DNA from: Candidatus Omnitrophota bacterium
GTDB taxonomy: Bacteria; Omnitrophota; Gorgyraeia; Gygaellales; Profunditerraquicolaceae
DNA: 64,000 nt
Assembly (NCBI GenBank): GCA_026387335.1
Contig: JAPLLX010000006.1
Location: 44,949-108,948 of the forward strand
Reading direction: 5' to 3'
Below the pieces are notes generated by a model, which was not told the origin of the DNA, did no database searches, and was given only the letters and a program-made list of their open reading frames with translations. This document shows positions 17,920-26,888 of this stretch, in pieces. The stretch's first letter is position 1. The number at the start of each line of letters is the position of its first letter. The position numbers and the translations under genes are program-made.

Positions 17920-18305
17920 CTCTTGCTTGCAGGGGTTTTTAAAGAGGAGTTTACGGGAAGAAATTGATTTATGTATTCGGTTATTACCTTACGCTGGGAA
18001 TTATTTATCCGGTTAAAGAAAATAGCTATATTAAAACCTTCTTTTTCCTTATCTTCTGTCCGCACAATCACTCCCTGACAGTCAATAGTATAGTTCTTTT
18101 TATCTTCTTTTGTTTTAACCGGAAGGGTTAATTTAATCGAAACCCTGGTAAACGGAGGGATATATTTCTTTATCTGGCAATAAGCGCCTACGCAGCTTAT
18201 ATTTTGCGTGCTGGTAGAAAAATCATAGCCGTTCGCCGCGACCTTAAAAGGGAGTTTCTTATCCAGGCGCGGGTGGACTCTTCTTTCTATTGCGGTCTTG
18301 GTCAT
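17907..18305 (-). CDS. PilZ domain protein
   Basis: RxxxR (RRVHPR) and NxSxxG (NISCVG). Confidence 0.85.
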   Translation of the reverse strand: MTKTAIERRVHPRLDKKLPFKVAANGYDFSTSTQNISCVGAYCQIKKYIPPFTRVSIKLTLPVKTKEDKKNYTIDCQGVIVRTEDKEKEGFNIAIFFNRINNSQRKVITEYINQFLPVNSSLKTPASKRWGK

Positions 18306-18496
18306 TTTTCTTCGGTTTTAGCCTTTTTGATAAAATTTGACCAGCATCTTTTGGTGCAATAAAGCTTGCCGTCGCGGTAGTAACGCCTTATTTTCTTTAT
18401 CGGCTTGTTACAGCTTAAGCAATTTGTCTGCTTCTCTTCCTTGGGCTTGGCTTCGGCTGCAACAGGAGCAGCTGTTTTAGCTTGTTCAGTGACCAT
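18302..18496 (-). CDS. Small treble-clef-type zinc-binding protein
   Basis: CLSC...YCTKRC; SD AAGGA. Confidence 0.6.
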   Translation of the reverse strand: MVTEQAKTAAPVAAEAKPKEEKQTNCLSCNKPIKKIRRYYRDGKLYCTKRCWSNFIKKAKTEEK

Positions 18497-18520
18497 CTTC
18501 TTTTAGTTTCCTTTCTTTCT

Positions 18521-18868
18521 TTAAAACCTGGTTGTTTGCATCTTGATGTAATCTTCCAGATAATTCCTCTCTAGCGGATCAATCTCCAGGAATTCAACGC
18601 CTAACTTATTTCTTTCGCAATGCGGCAGCGGCTGACACCAGGCCACCCTTCCGATCGGATGCAGCACCCTGGATAAAACGTCAATTTCCAGCATCAGAGG
18701 GGTTTGGGGGGCCAGGAACTTATTCGTATTAAAAGCTACTCCGCTGGCGCTTATATTATTAGAAACAACATTGTCAAATTCCGATGGGAGGCCTCTTACC
18801 TGATAGCGTATTTGCGCCCGCAGGTCTATTCTGGGAGCACGCCTTTTAACCTCTTGATTGGTAAACAA
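18521..18868 (-). CDS. PilZ domain protein
   Basis: RRAPR, NISASG, GRVAW, GVEF; TTG start after GAAGGA. Confidence 0.85.
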   Translation of the reverse strand: MFTNQEVKRRAPRIDLRAQIRYQVRGLPSEFDNVVSNNISASGVAFNTNKFLAPQTPLMLEIDVLSRVLHPIGRVAWCQPLPHCERNKLGVEFLEIDPLERNYLEDYIKMQTTRF

Positions 18869-18921
18869 GTTTTCCTTCTTTCCAAATAAGAGGAAGCCGT
18901 GGCTTTACTTCCATTTAGGAA

Positions 18922-18950
18922 AATATAGCACATATTCACGCATATGTCAA
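18922..18950 (-). promoter_or_regulatory. Sigma70-type promoter for PilZ cluster
   Basis: TTGACA-17 nt-TATATT with TG extension. Confidence 0.7.
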
Positions 18951-19003
18951 TCACCCTCTTAAAATGCTAACGCCAAGCCCCGGCTAGAGCCCAGCATACG
19001 CTC

Positions 19004-19031
19004 TTTACAATAAACTAATTTTTGTTATAAT
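19004..19031 (+). promoter_or_regulatory. Sigma70-type promoter for ExeA/GspB pair
   Basis: TTTACA-16 nt-TATAAT with TGn extension. Confidence 0.65.
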
Positions 19032-19050
19032 GAATTTGAAAGAGGACTAA

Positions 19051-19875
19051 ATGTATTGTAACTTTTACGGACTAAAAGAGCGGCCATTTAATGTTACATC
19101 GGATCCGGATTTCTTTTTTTTAAGCGCAAAACATAAAGAAGCGCTGGCCCACCTGCATTACGGAGTCAGTCAACGCAAAGGGATTATTGTTCTGACCGGC
19201 GAAATCGGGACCGGCAAAACTACCATCTGTAGATTTTTTATTAACCAGCTGGAAAAAAATGTCCGCACCGCCCTCATCCTTAACCCCCACTTCTCGGAAA
19301 TACAGTTGCTGGAAGCCATAGTCCGGGACTTTGGGATACGCGCGAACAATAAAAACCGCTTAGGCCTGGTCAGAGAATTGAACACCTTCCTGCTTAATGA
19401 ATCCGGCTGCGGGAATAATGTAGTCCTGATAATCGATGAGGCTCAGAATTTAAAACCCGCGGTCCTTGAGCAGGTACGCCTGCTTTCCAATCTTGAGACA
19501 GAAAAAGAAAAATTACTCCAGGTAATATTGGTAGGCCAGCCGGAGTTAAACACCCGGCTAAATCTCTATGAACTACGCCAGTTAAGGCAAAGGATAATGG
19601 TGCGTTACCATATCCTTCCGTTAGAACGCTTTGAGATCAGGGATTATATTCAACACCGCCTTAATGTCGCCGGATTAACCAGCGGAATTGAGTTTAGCGA
19701 TGATGCTATTATGGCTATTGCGGATTTTTCTAGCGGCACGCCGCGCTTAATCAATATGATCTGCGACCGGGCACTGCTCGCGGGTTTTAGCGCTGAAACA
19801 AAAAAAATAGGCCGGGATATTATCAATAGATGCCTTGAGGAACTAAACAGCTATGTCGCGGAGGGACGCCTGTGA
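19051..19875 (+). CDS. ExeA/GspA-family AAA+ ATPase
   Basis: MY..FYGLKERPF, GEIGTGKT, IIDEAQNL, LVGQPEL, GTPRLIN. Confidence 0.9.
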   Translation: MYCNFYGLKERPFNVTSDPDFFFLSAKHKEALAHLHYGVSQRKGIIVLTGEIGTGKTTICRFFINQLEKNVRTALILNPHFSEIQLLEAIVRDFGIRANNKNRLGLVRELNTFLLNESGCGNNVVLIIDEAQNLKPAVLEQVRLLSNLETEKEKLLQVILVGQPELNTRLNLYELRQLRQRIMVRYHILPLERFEIRDYIQHRLNVAGLTSGIEFSDDAIMAIADFSSGTPRLINMICDRALLAGFSAETKKIGRDIINRCLEELNSYVAEGRL

Positions 19876-20375
19876 GCATAATTTATGACGCCTTAATGAA
19901 AGTGCAAAAAAATTTCAACAAAGAAACTACTACCGCTAAAACTTCCCCCCCACCCCAAACATCTAGGCCAGTTCATCCAAAAATAAGAATGAAGTTTATT
20001 CTTATCTATATAGTTGTAGTCTGTCTGGGATTGATATTAGGTAATTTCGCGTATAATTTCTTTGCTCATCCCAAGAATATCGTTAGCCCACCTCTGCCTA
20101 CTCCCATTAAGCCGGAACCCGTAGCCCCGGTTATAAATACGGAAGCACCAGCGGCGGCCGCAGCCAGCGGCGTAAGCCTCCCCAGCCCGGTTCCTGAACC
20201 GACACTGGTTTTAAATGGCGTCTTCTTTGAGCAGGGCGATGGCTATGCCTTAATTAATAATAAAATTATGCGCCTGGGAGATGAAATCAGCCATGCTAAA
20301 GTAAAAGAAATTACGATAGACGGCGTGGTGTTGGAATTTGAAGGAAAAACAATAAAACTATCCAGCCCTTCTTAA
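19872..20375 (+). CDS. GspB/ExeB-like membrane protein
   Basis: MSIIYDALMK, TM helix, Pro-rich linker, LNGV...ALINNK...GDEI. Confidence 0.75.
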   Translation: MSIIYDALMKVQKNFNKETTTAKTSPPPQTSRPVHPKIRMKFILIYIVVVCLGLILGNFAYNFFAHPKNIVSPPLPTPIKPEPVAPVINTEAPAAAAASGVSLPSPVPEPTLVLNGVFFEQGDGYALINNKIMRLGDEISHAKVKEITIDGVVLEFEGKTIKLSSPS

Positions 20376-21473
20376 AACACTTGGCTGCTTAATCCTATTT
20401 TTAAGCGCCTTTTCGATTATTTCTAAAGGCACGTTTTCCACAATTTTTACTTTTCCTAATCCAGTAATTAAAACCAGCCTGTTTTTCGCTCCGCTAAATT
20501 TCTTATCCCTATAAAAAGCCTGCATCAGCTCATTTAAGCGGATACTCTCAATTTTTGTCGGTAGGCCGGCTTTTTTTATTAAAGACTCTACCCTTTTATT
20601 TAAGCTAGAGTTTATAAGTTTAAGGCTTTGGCTTATGTCTAAAGCGATAAGCATCCCCAGGGCCACCGCTTCGCCATGGTTATACTTCTTAAAACTAAAA
20701 GCAGCTTCAATGGCATGAGCCAGGGTATGCCCGAAATTTAAGGCCGTGCGTATACCTTTGGCTTCCCTTTCATCTCTGCCGACAATATCCGCCTTAATCA
20801 AACTAGAAGACCTAACTATACGCTCTAAGGCTAAAACTTTAAGCTTAAGGATATTCCGGTATTCTCTCTCTAAATAGGTAAATAACCGACTGTCCTTTAT
20901 TATGCCGTATTTGATTACTTCGGCCAGCCCCGCGCGCAACTGCCGGATATCCAGGCTCTTAAGCAGACAACAATCGCTAAGGACCAGGCGCGGCTGATAA
21001 ATCGCTCCGATTAAGTTCTTGCCTTCCTTTAAATCCACCGCGGTCTTTCCTCCGATCGCCGAATCCACCTGAGCAAGTAAAGTAGTAGGTATCTGTATGT
21101 AAGGAATACCCCGCTTATAAATTGAGGCGACTAAACCGCTTAAATCGCCGACGACTCCCCCTCCTAAGGCAATAATAAATACGCGCTTCTTCAGGTCAAA
21201 TTTTGCCAGGTCATTGATTACCGCGGTTAAAACAGGAATGGATTTGCTTTTTTCAGTGTCCGGAATAACTTTTATCTTAAAATTTAGGCCGGATTTTTTT
21301 AATTCCCTGATCAGGCCGCGGGAACATCTTTCTTTAACATAAGTATTGGTGATTATGTAAGCGGAGTTTCCGATATCCAGTTTTTTAATATACTTACCCA
21401 GTAAAGGGATTATATCCGTACCGATAACTATATCGTAAGAACGTTTATCCAATTTTACTCTAATGGTACGCAT
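20358..21473 (-). CDS. aroB: 3-dehydroquinate synthase
   Basis: GGGVVGD, PTTLLAQVDSAIGGKT, LNFGHT, HGEAV; start MRTIRV. Confidence 0.95.
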   Translation of the reverse strand: MRTIRVKLDKRSYDIVIGTDIIPLLGKYIKKLDIGNSAYIITNTYVKERCSRGLIRELKKSGLNFKIKVIPDTEKSKSIPVLTAVINDLAKFDLKKRVFIIALGGGVVGDLSGLVASIYKRGIPYIQIPTTLLAQVDSAIGGKTAVDLKEGKNLIGAIYQPRLVLSDCCLLKSLDIRQLRAGLAEVIKYGIIKDSRLFTYLEREYRNILKLKVLALERIVRSSSLIKADIVGRDEREAKGIRTALNFGHTLAHAIEAAFSFKKYNHGEAVALGMLIALDISQSLKLINSSLNKRVESLIKKAGLPTKIESIRLNELMQAFYRDKKFSGAKNRLVLITGLGKVKIVENVPLEIIEKALKNRIKQPSVLRRAG

Positions 21474-21475
21474 CT

Positions 21476-22102
21476 CTAAACTCCCAAAAGCCTTAATATA
21501 AACTCTACCCCCGGCCAAACCAGCCAGTTCAAAGCCCCCATCCAGATAAGGGCCAGCAATATAATAAAAGAATACGGTTCAATAGCGGCGTAACTGGAAG
21601 CCAAAGGCTCAGGAAGCAGGCCTGCCAATATGCGGGAGCCATCCAAGGGCGGTATGGGTATAAGGTTAAAAACCCCCAAGACAACATTTATAGCAATCAG
21701 GTTTATAATTAAAGCCACCGCCAACTGCGGCAAAGGCATAACTTTTATAAGGAGAGCCAATAGACAAGCGAAAGCAAAGTTGGCTAACGGGCCTCCTGCC
21801 CCGATTAAAACCATATCCCTTTTGGGGTTTTTTAATGCCCAATAATTTACCGGAATCGGTTTGGCCGCGCCAAAGACAAACCTGCCACCGGAAGTGATAA
21901 AAAGAAAGAGAGGTAAAAGAAAGGTCCAGAAAATATCTACGTGGGCCAGCGGGTTAAGAGTCAATCTCCCGGAATATTTGGCGGTAGGATCTCCCAATTT
22001 ATAGGCTATCCAGCCATGAGCGAACTCATGAACACTCATAGCAATAATCAAAAGGCCAAACGATATAGCAAAAGATAAAAGCACGCCTGAATTTAGGCTC
22101 AA
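21476..22102 (-). CDS. Site-2 protease (M50)
   Basis: HEFAH, NLIPIPPLDG. Confidence 0.92.
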   Translation of the reverse strand: MSLNSGVLLSFAISFGLLIIAMSVHEFAHGWIAYKLGDPTAKYSGRLTLNPLAHVDIFWTFLLPLFLFITSGGRFVFGAAKPIPVNYWALKNPKRDMVLIGAGGPLANFAFACLLALLIKVMPLPQLAVALIINLIAINVVLGVFNLIPIPPLDGSRILAGLLPEPLASSYAAIEPYSFIILLALIWMGALNWLVWPGVEFILRLLGV

Positions 22103-22890
22103 CTTACAACCTCGATTATCTTAACTTCTATTATGGGATATTTGGCGCCAGTCGCACTGATTATTTTACCGATAACCTTGACCTTTTGGTGGTTCAGGGC
22201 GTTCAGGGTAGAGCGGTTACCTTTAAGCAAGAATATTTGATTATCCGCGGTTAGAAGTTTGTGGGTGGCCGACCGCATAAATACCACTCCATAAGGCTTA
22301 ACTGTACCCACAAGGAGAATATTACTCTCTTCATCCTGAGCGGGCTTAAGAGTTTGAGCGCTAGTTAAAACCGAAGCTTTATTAATAAACCTTTTATGGA
22401 CCCAACCAAAACTGTTTTGAATGGGTTCAATTTTATACCAATCCCCTAATTCAGAAATCACATTTACTATTTCATTTCTATCGGCTACGCCGACAATAGG
22501 GGCTGACTCCGAAGGTTTCGAGCGGATATTAACCCGCTCTCCTAAGACCTTGGCGCTTACACATTGTTTAATACTTAAGGTTGTTGGCGCAGCTGGCTGG
22601 CTTTCTGTATATTTTATACAGGTAGCTAAAGACTTTTTGATGTAGAGAGCCAGGCTTTTAGGGAGCCTTACCTTATACCATTCATACTGCTCTAAAATAA
22701 CCTCTAGCCGCTCTCCTTTATCTAAAACGGATAATACTGCCGCGGTAGTTGTCGCGTCCGCGCGCAGGTTAATATTATCAGCATTAATCTCACCGCTAAA
22801 TGGCAGATCTTCAGCGCAACAAAAGCTAAAAAATAACGCCAAGCTAGCTAATACCAAAGAGGAGACTTTTAAGGGATAATTTAAGCTCAT
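22099..22890 (-). CDS. Exported protein with two bacterial SH3 domains
   Basis: INLRA...WYKV and VNIRSKP...WYKI...GWV. Confidence 0.85.
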   Translation of the reverse strand: MSLNYPLKVSSLVLASLALFFSFCCAEDLPFSGEINADNINLRADATTTAAVLSVLDKGERLEVILEQYEWYKVRLPKSLALYIKKSLATCIKYTESQPAAPTTLSIKQCVSAKVLGERVNIRSKPSESAPIVGVADRNEIVNVISELGDWYKIEPIQNSFGWVHKRFINKASVLTSAQTLKPAQDEESNILLVGTVKPYGVVFMRSATHKLLTADNQIFLLKGNRSTLNALNHQKVKVIGKIISATGAKYPIIEVKIIEVVS

Positions 22891-22893
22891 AAA

Positions 22894-23196
22894 CTATTTC
22901 TTTTCCTGAGCTTTACCTGCCGCTTTAGGAGCAGCCGCCTTAGGAGCAGCTTCTTTACCGGCGGCTGGCGCAGCTGCTGCTGGGGCGCCTTCGGCAACTG
23001 TTGTTTCCGCTACTTTTTCGGCTTTTTCCTTCTTGATCTTGATCCTTAAGGTCTTTATCTTCGGTAAACCGTAAACCCGGTCTCCTTCTTTCCACTGGTT
23101 TTTCTCCTGCATGATCCGGATACGCTCGGTGCGCTTGAGCACCGACCTCTGTTTTTTATCCTGCTCCGATGTCGCTAATGATGGATGTATTGACAT
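22894..23196 (-). CDS. PVC-superphylum small basic protein with Ala/Lys/Pro tail
   Basis: MSIHPSL...RSVLKRTERI...W..GD.VYGLPK. Confidence 0.85.
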   Translation of the reverse strand: MSIHPSLATSEQDKKQRSVLKRTERIRIMQEKNQWKEGDRVYGLPKIKTLRIKIKKEKAEKVAETTVAEGAPAAAAPAAGKEAAPKAAAPKAAGKAQEKK

Positions 23197-23201
23197 TGTA
23201 T

Positions 23202-23735
23202 TTACAACCTCCTTATTTGGCAGCTTCCGTATCTCCTACTCAATTCCGATAATAAAGGCTGCGCGGTTTCTTTATTAGGAAAATTCCCCACACACAAGAT
23301 GACATAACTACCCTTGTTTAACAAAATCGCGCTCAGGCCCCGCTTTTTAATGTTTTCCGCTTCTTTCTGGGCGTTAGCTTTAGTTTTAAAGCTAGCTACC
23401 TGGATGGTAAAAGCCCCCTGCTTTTGCGCGGTTAGAGGAACAACCTGCGTAAGAGCTTCTTCTTTTCTGACTATTACCGCAGGGGCAGGCGCTGTATTTT
23501 GCGGCTTGACCAAAACCAACTGCTTACCTTGCTCATTCAATATGTTTCTTTTGCCCTTCTCCACCCCGGCGGAAAAAGCGATGATCCCAGTGACCAAAAA
23601 AGCGATAATAATAAGTACTGTTTTTTCATGAGCCCAGATACGCTCAATGATCCCGTTACCGGAATTAACCTTAAGGTGGCTGGAGTCACTTGCCTGCGCG
23701 AATAACTCCATCTGGGGGTTACTTTGCTTTTCCAT
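23202..23735 (-). CDS. SPOR domain protein
   Basis: TM helix, then FTIQVASF....NA...VGNF....A. Confidence 0.85.
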   Translation of the reverse strand: MEKQSNPQMELFAQASDSSHLKVNSGNGIIERIWAHEKTVLIIIAFLVTGIIAFSAGVEKGKRNILNEQGKQLVLVKPQNTAPAPAVIVRKEEALTQVVPLTAQKQGAFTIQVASFKTKANAQKEAENIKKRGLSAILLNKGSYVILCVGNFPNKETAQPLLSELSRRYGSCQIRRL

Positions 23736-24818
23736 TTAATTAGTTATTGATTTAGGCTTATCTTGTTTAAGGTAAACCTTGGTATTGATCTTCTTGATTA
23801 TTTTTAAAAAAGCCTCTACAACCCGGGGGTCAAATTGCGTACCGCTCTTTTTCTTTATTTCCTTTATCGCCGAGCTTATATCTTTTCTTTCCCGATACGG
23901 CCGTCCGTAAACCATAGCCTCAAAAGCGTCCGCCACCGCCATAATCCGCGCTCCCTCCGGAATCTGGCCTTTTTTCAGATGGGACGGATAACCTGTCCCG
24001 TTATATTTTTCATGATGGTGCATTATAATCGGTATAACCGGCCGCAATACCTGTAATGGCCGTAATATCTGCGCGCCCTTCACAGGATGTTTTTTAATAA
24101 TAGCGTACTCTCTGGCCGTAAGCTTAGTGGTTTTAGTCAATATCTCCGGCGGAATATCCACCTTGCCTGTATCATGCAGGAGGCTGGCGTATTTTAAACT
24201 CTGGATCTGCTTTTCATCCAGGTGCATCTGATGGCCTATGGCGGTAACCAACCGGCTAAAATACGGCGAATGCGTATATTCCTGAGGAACGCGCGTATCT
24301 AATAAGGTGACCAGGGATTTAATACTCCCTAAAACAATTTTCTGCTGATCCTCGTAAAGCTGCAGGTTCCTTATCCCGATTATTGCCTGCTCTATCAAAG
24401 TCATCAGGGTCTCTTGGTCCGTTCTCTCAAAGGAATGCGCGCCTTTTTTGCGCTTCAAGATAATAATTCCGATAAGGTCATCCGAAATTAAAGGAGCAGC
24501 CATAAAAATGCCCTGGATCATAACCGAGCTGGTCCGGATTATCTTCTTTTCTATCCGGTTAACTATGCGGATCCTTTGGTCAGTGCAATACTTGTTTTTC
24601 CCGCTGATAATGCATTTTAAAACAGAGTATTTTTTTGTCGCGTCCAGCATAATAATCTGGCAATAATCGGCAGTTAATATCTGGCTGATCAGCCGGGCCA
24701 GACGGGGTATTAAATCGGTTAAATCATAAGTGGAATTAACCAGCCTGTAAATGCTATGGATGGTAGATATTAGGTTTTTATACCTTTTTGTAGGGGTCAA
24801 ATAGTTTTTTGTATTCAT
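23736..24818 (-). CDS. GAF + HD-GYP phosphodiesterase
   Basis: LLHDTGK, HHHEKYNGTGYP, AVADAFEAM...RPYR, GTQFDP. Confidence 0.9.
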   Translation of the reverse strand: MNTKNYLTPTKRYKNLISTIHSIYRLVNSTYDLTDLIPRLARLISQILTADYCQIIMLDATKKYSVLKCIISGKNKYCTDQRIRIVNRIEKKIIRTSSVMIQGIFMAAPLISDDLIGIIILKRKKGAHSFERTDQETLMTLIEQAIIGIRNLQLYEDQQKIVLGSIKSLVTLLDTRVPQEYTHSPYFSRLVTAIGHQMHLDEKQIQSLKYASLLHDTGKVDIPPEILTKTTKLTAREYAIIKKHPVKGAQILRPLQVLRPVIPIIMHHHEKYNGTGYPSHLKKGQIPEGARIMAVADAFEAMVYGRPYRERKDISSAIKEIKKKSGTQFDPRVVEAFLKIIKKINTKVYLKQDKPKSITN

Positions 24819-25932
24819 CTAAAGCATACCTATCGGTCATTCCGGCGATATAATCGCAGACTGAACGTTTTACGCCATCGCGTTTAATCCTCTTTTGAAT
24901 TTTATCAGGAAGCTGCCTGGGGTTAGCTATATAAACCTTAAATAATTCCTGTATAAAACGCTTGGCTTTAATGCTCATCCGCACTACGCGGTAGTGATTA
25001 TACAGCCTCTCCATAAGAAAGGCGCGCAGCGGTTTTCTTAATTTTAGCATATCCTGGCTAAAAGTGACAACTTTTTTATCTATTTTCTTGGCATCCATAT
25101 AGGACTTAAGCTTTAATTTTATGATGTTCCTCTGAGTCTCCCGGATCAAATCTGTCACTTGCAAGTCAATTAACGAGCGGATAATCAGGTACCTGCGTTT
25201 TTCCGGAGAAATTTTAGGGTATTTCTTAGTGATATTTCTGTTTAGCTCGCTCCAAATGGGCAGCTCTTCTAAATCCGCTTCCTTGATTAACCCGGAAGCC
25301 AGCCCGTCATCCAGGTCATGGTTATCATAAGCTATCTCATCAGCGATATCAACTACCTGCGTTTCCAAAGTAGGAGATTCTTGCGGAGCCAGGCCTTTTA
25401 TCCTTGTGCTTAGGTCAAAAGCCGTTGAATGCTTGGCTATCCCTTCTCTTACTTCCCAGGTTAAATTAATTCCGGGGAAATCCGGATACCTTTCTTCCAG
25501 ATAATCTACGACTCTTAAGCCCTGGGTGTTATGGTTAAACCCTCCGCATTGAGACATTAATTCATTTAGGGCGTCCTCTCCGGAATGGCCGAAGGCAGTG
25601 TGACCTAAATCATGGGCGAGAGCGATGGCCTCGGTTAAATCCATATTTAAATGCAGGACACTGGCTATAGTCCGGGCTATTTGAGCTACTTCAAGGGTAT
25701 GCGTAAGTCTGGTGCGGTAATCATCGCCTTCATGATTGACAAATACCTGGGTCTTATACTCAAGCCGCCTAAAGGCAGCGGAATGCACGATTCTATCGCG
25801 GTCGCGCTGATAAACCGACCGGTAAGGATGCTCCTTTTCCGGGTAGACCCTTCCTCGGCTATCCTTGCTCTTCATGGCGTAAGGCGCCAGGATCAGGCCT
25901 TCAATATCTTTAATCTGTTTTGGATTGGGCAT
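24778..25932 (-). CDS. dgt: dGTP triphosphohydrolase-like protein
   Basis: RDRDRI.HS.AFRRL.YKTQV, RTRLTHTLEV, AHDLGH, DYIAGMTD. Confidence 0.92.
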   Translation of the reverse strand: MPNPKQIKDIEGLILAPYAMKSKDSRGRVYPEKEHPYRSVYQRDRDRIVHSAAFRRLEYKTQVFVNHEGDDYRTRLTHTLEVAQIARTIASVLHLNMDLTEAIALAHDLGHTAFGHSGEDALNELMSQCGGFNHNTQGLRVVDYLEERYPDFPGINLTWEVREGIAKHSTAFDLSTRIKGLAPQESPTLETQVVDIADEIAYDNHDLDDGLASGLIKEADLEELPIWSELNRNITKKYPKISPEKRRYLIIRSLIDLQVTDLIRETQRNIIKLKLKSYMDAKKIDKKVVTFSQDMLKLRKPLRAFLMERLYNHYRVVRMSIKAKRFIQELFKVYIANPRQLPDKIQKRIKRDGVKRSVCDYIAGMTDRYALDEYKKLFDPYKKV

Positions 25933-26386
25933 TTTTTAATTGTTTACACAACTCCTCTAAAGACTGCGAAATTACTTTTGCCCCGGCTAACGCGGGCATA
26001 AAATTAGTATCGCCTACCCAGCGCGGGACTATATGCACGTGCAAATGCCCGGTAATGCCGGCGCCCGCGCTGCGGGATAAATTTATCCCTATATTATACC
26101 CCTGAGGCCTCAAGGTTTTAGCTAGAAGTTTTTGAGCTCTTTTAATGGCCTTAAACAAATCCAACGCCTCTATATCCTTTAATTGCTCAAGCGAACGCAC
26201 GTGCCTCAATGGAGAAACCAGGATATGCCCGTTGTTATACGGATAGATATTCAGCATCGCGATGGAATGCTCGGTCTTAAAGACAACATAATTATTTTTC
26301 CCGGCCCGGGCACTACAAAATATGCAGCCTTTTTTCTTTATATTCCTTATATATTTGATTCTCCAGGGAGCCCAAAGTTTATCCAT
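25910..26386 (-). CDS. HIT family hydrolase
   Basis: LWAPWR, CIFC, HLHVHIVPRW. Confidence 0.93.
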   Translation of the reverse strand: MDKLWAPWRIKYIRNIKKKGCIFCSARAGKNNYVVFKTEHSIAMLNIYPYNNGHILVSPLRHVRSLEQLKDIEALDLFKAIKRAQKLLAKTLRPQGYNIGINLSRSAGAGITGHLHVHIVPRWVGDTNFMPALAGAKVISQSLEELCKQLKNAQSKTD

Positions 26387-26387
26387 A

Positions 26388-26876
26388 TTATAATTGAACT
26401 ATCCTTGATTCTATATTATCGTTAATCTCGATTATTCCATAGGTATTAACGGCAGCAAAGACTTTATCCGTCGGGCTGCCGGGATTAAAAAACAGTATGC
26501 CTGCCCGCTTTTCGTTCAGCGCGGAATGCGAATGCCCGAATATAATTATATCCGGCTTATCATTCTTAAATTCAGCGCTTAAGGTATCCACCATGCTGCT
26601 GGGAGCGCCGCAGCCGTGGTAGAGCCCTATCTTAAAATTACCTACTTTAAAAATTTCCTTTTGGGTAAGTTCTTCCCTTATCTCCTGCGGGTCCATATTC
26701 CCCCAAACCGCTTTAACATTCTTACAAAGCGATTTAAGCTCTTTAAACAACTCCGGGCTTACAAAATCTCCCGCGTGAACCAACATATCCGCGCTCTTTA
26801 TTTCTTCCAGCAATTTCGCCGGCAGCCTATCTGCCCTTTCAGGAAGATGCGTATCCGAAATCACTACTATCTTCAA
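26388..26876 (-). CDS. YfcE-family metallophosphoesterase
   Basis: SDTH, HAGD, GNMD, GHSH, NPGS. Confidence 0.92.
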   Translation of the reverse strand: MKIVVISDTHLPERADRLPAKLLEEIKSADMLVHAGDFVSPELFKELKSLCKNVKAVWGNMDPQEIREELTQKEIFKVGNFKIGLYHGCGAPSSMVDTLSAEFKNDKPDIIIFGHSHSALNEKRAGILFFNPGSPTDKVFAAVNTYGIIEINDNIESRIVQL

Positions 26877-26888
26877 TCCCCCTCCTCT

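Noticed and set aside
18880-18915. AAAGCCACGG resembling part of a c-di-GMP-I riboswitch upstream of PilZ genes
   Set aside because: No GGCAAA/GNRA P2 stem or receptor, and too short.
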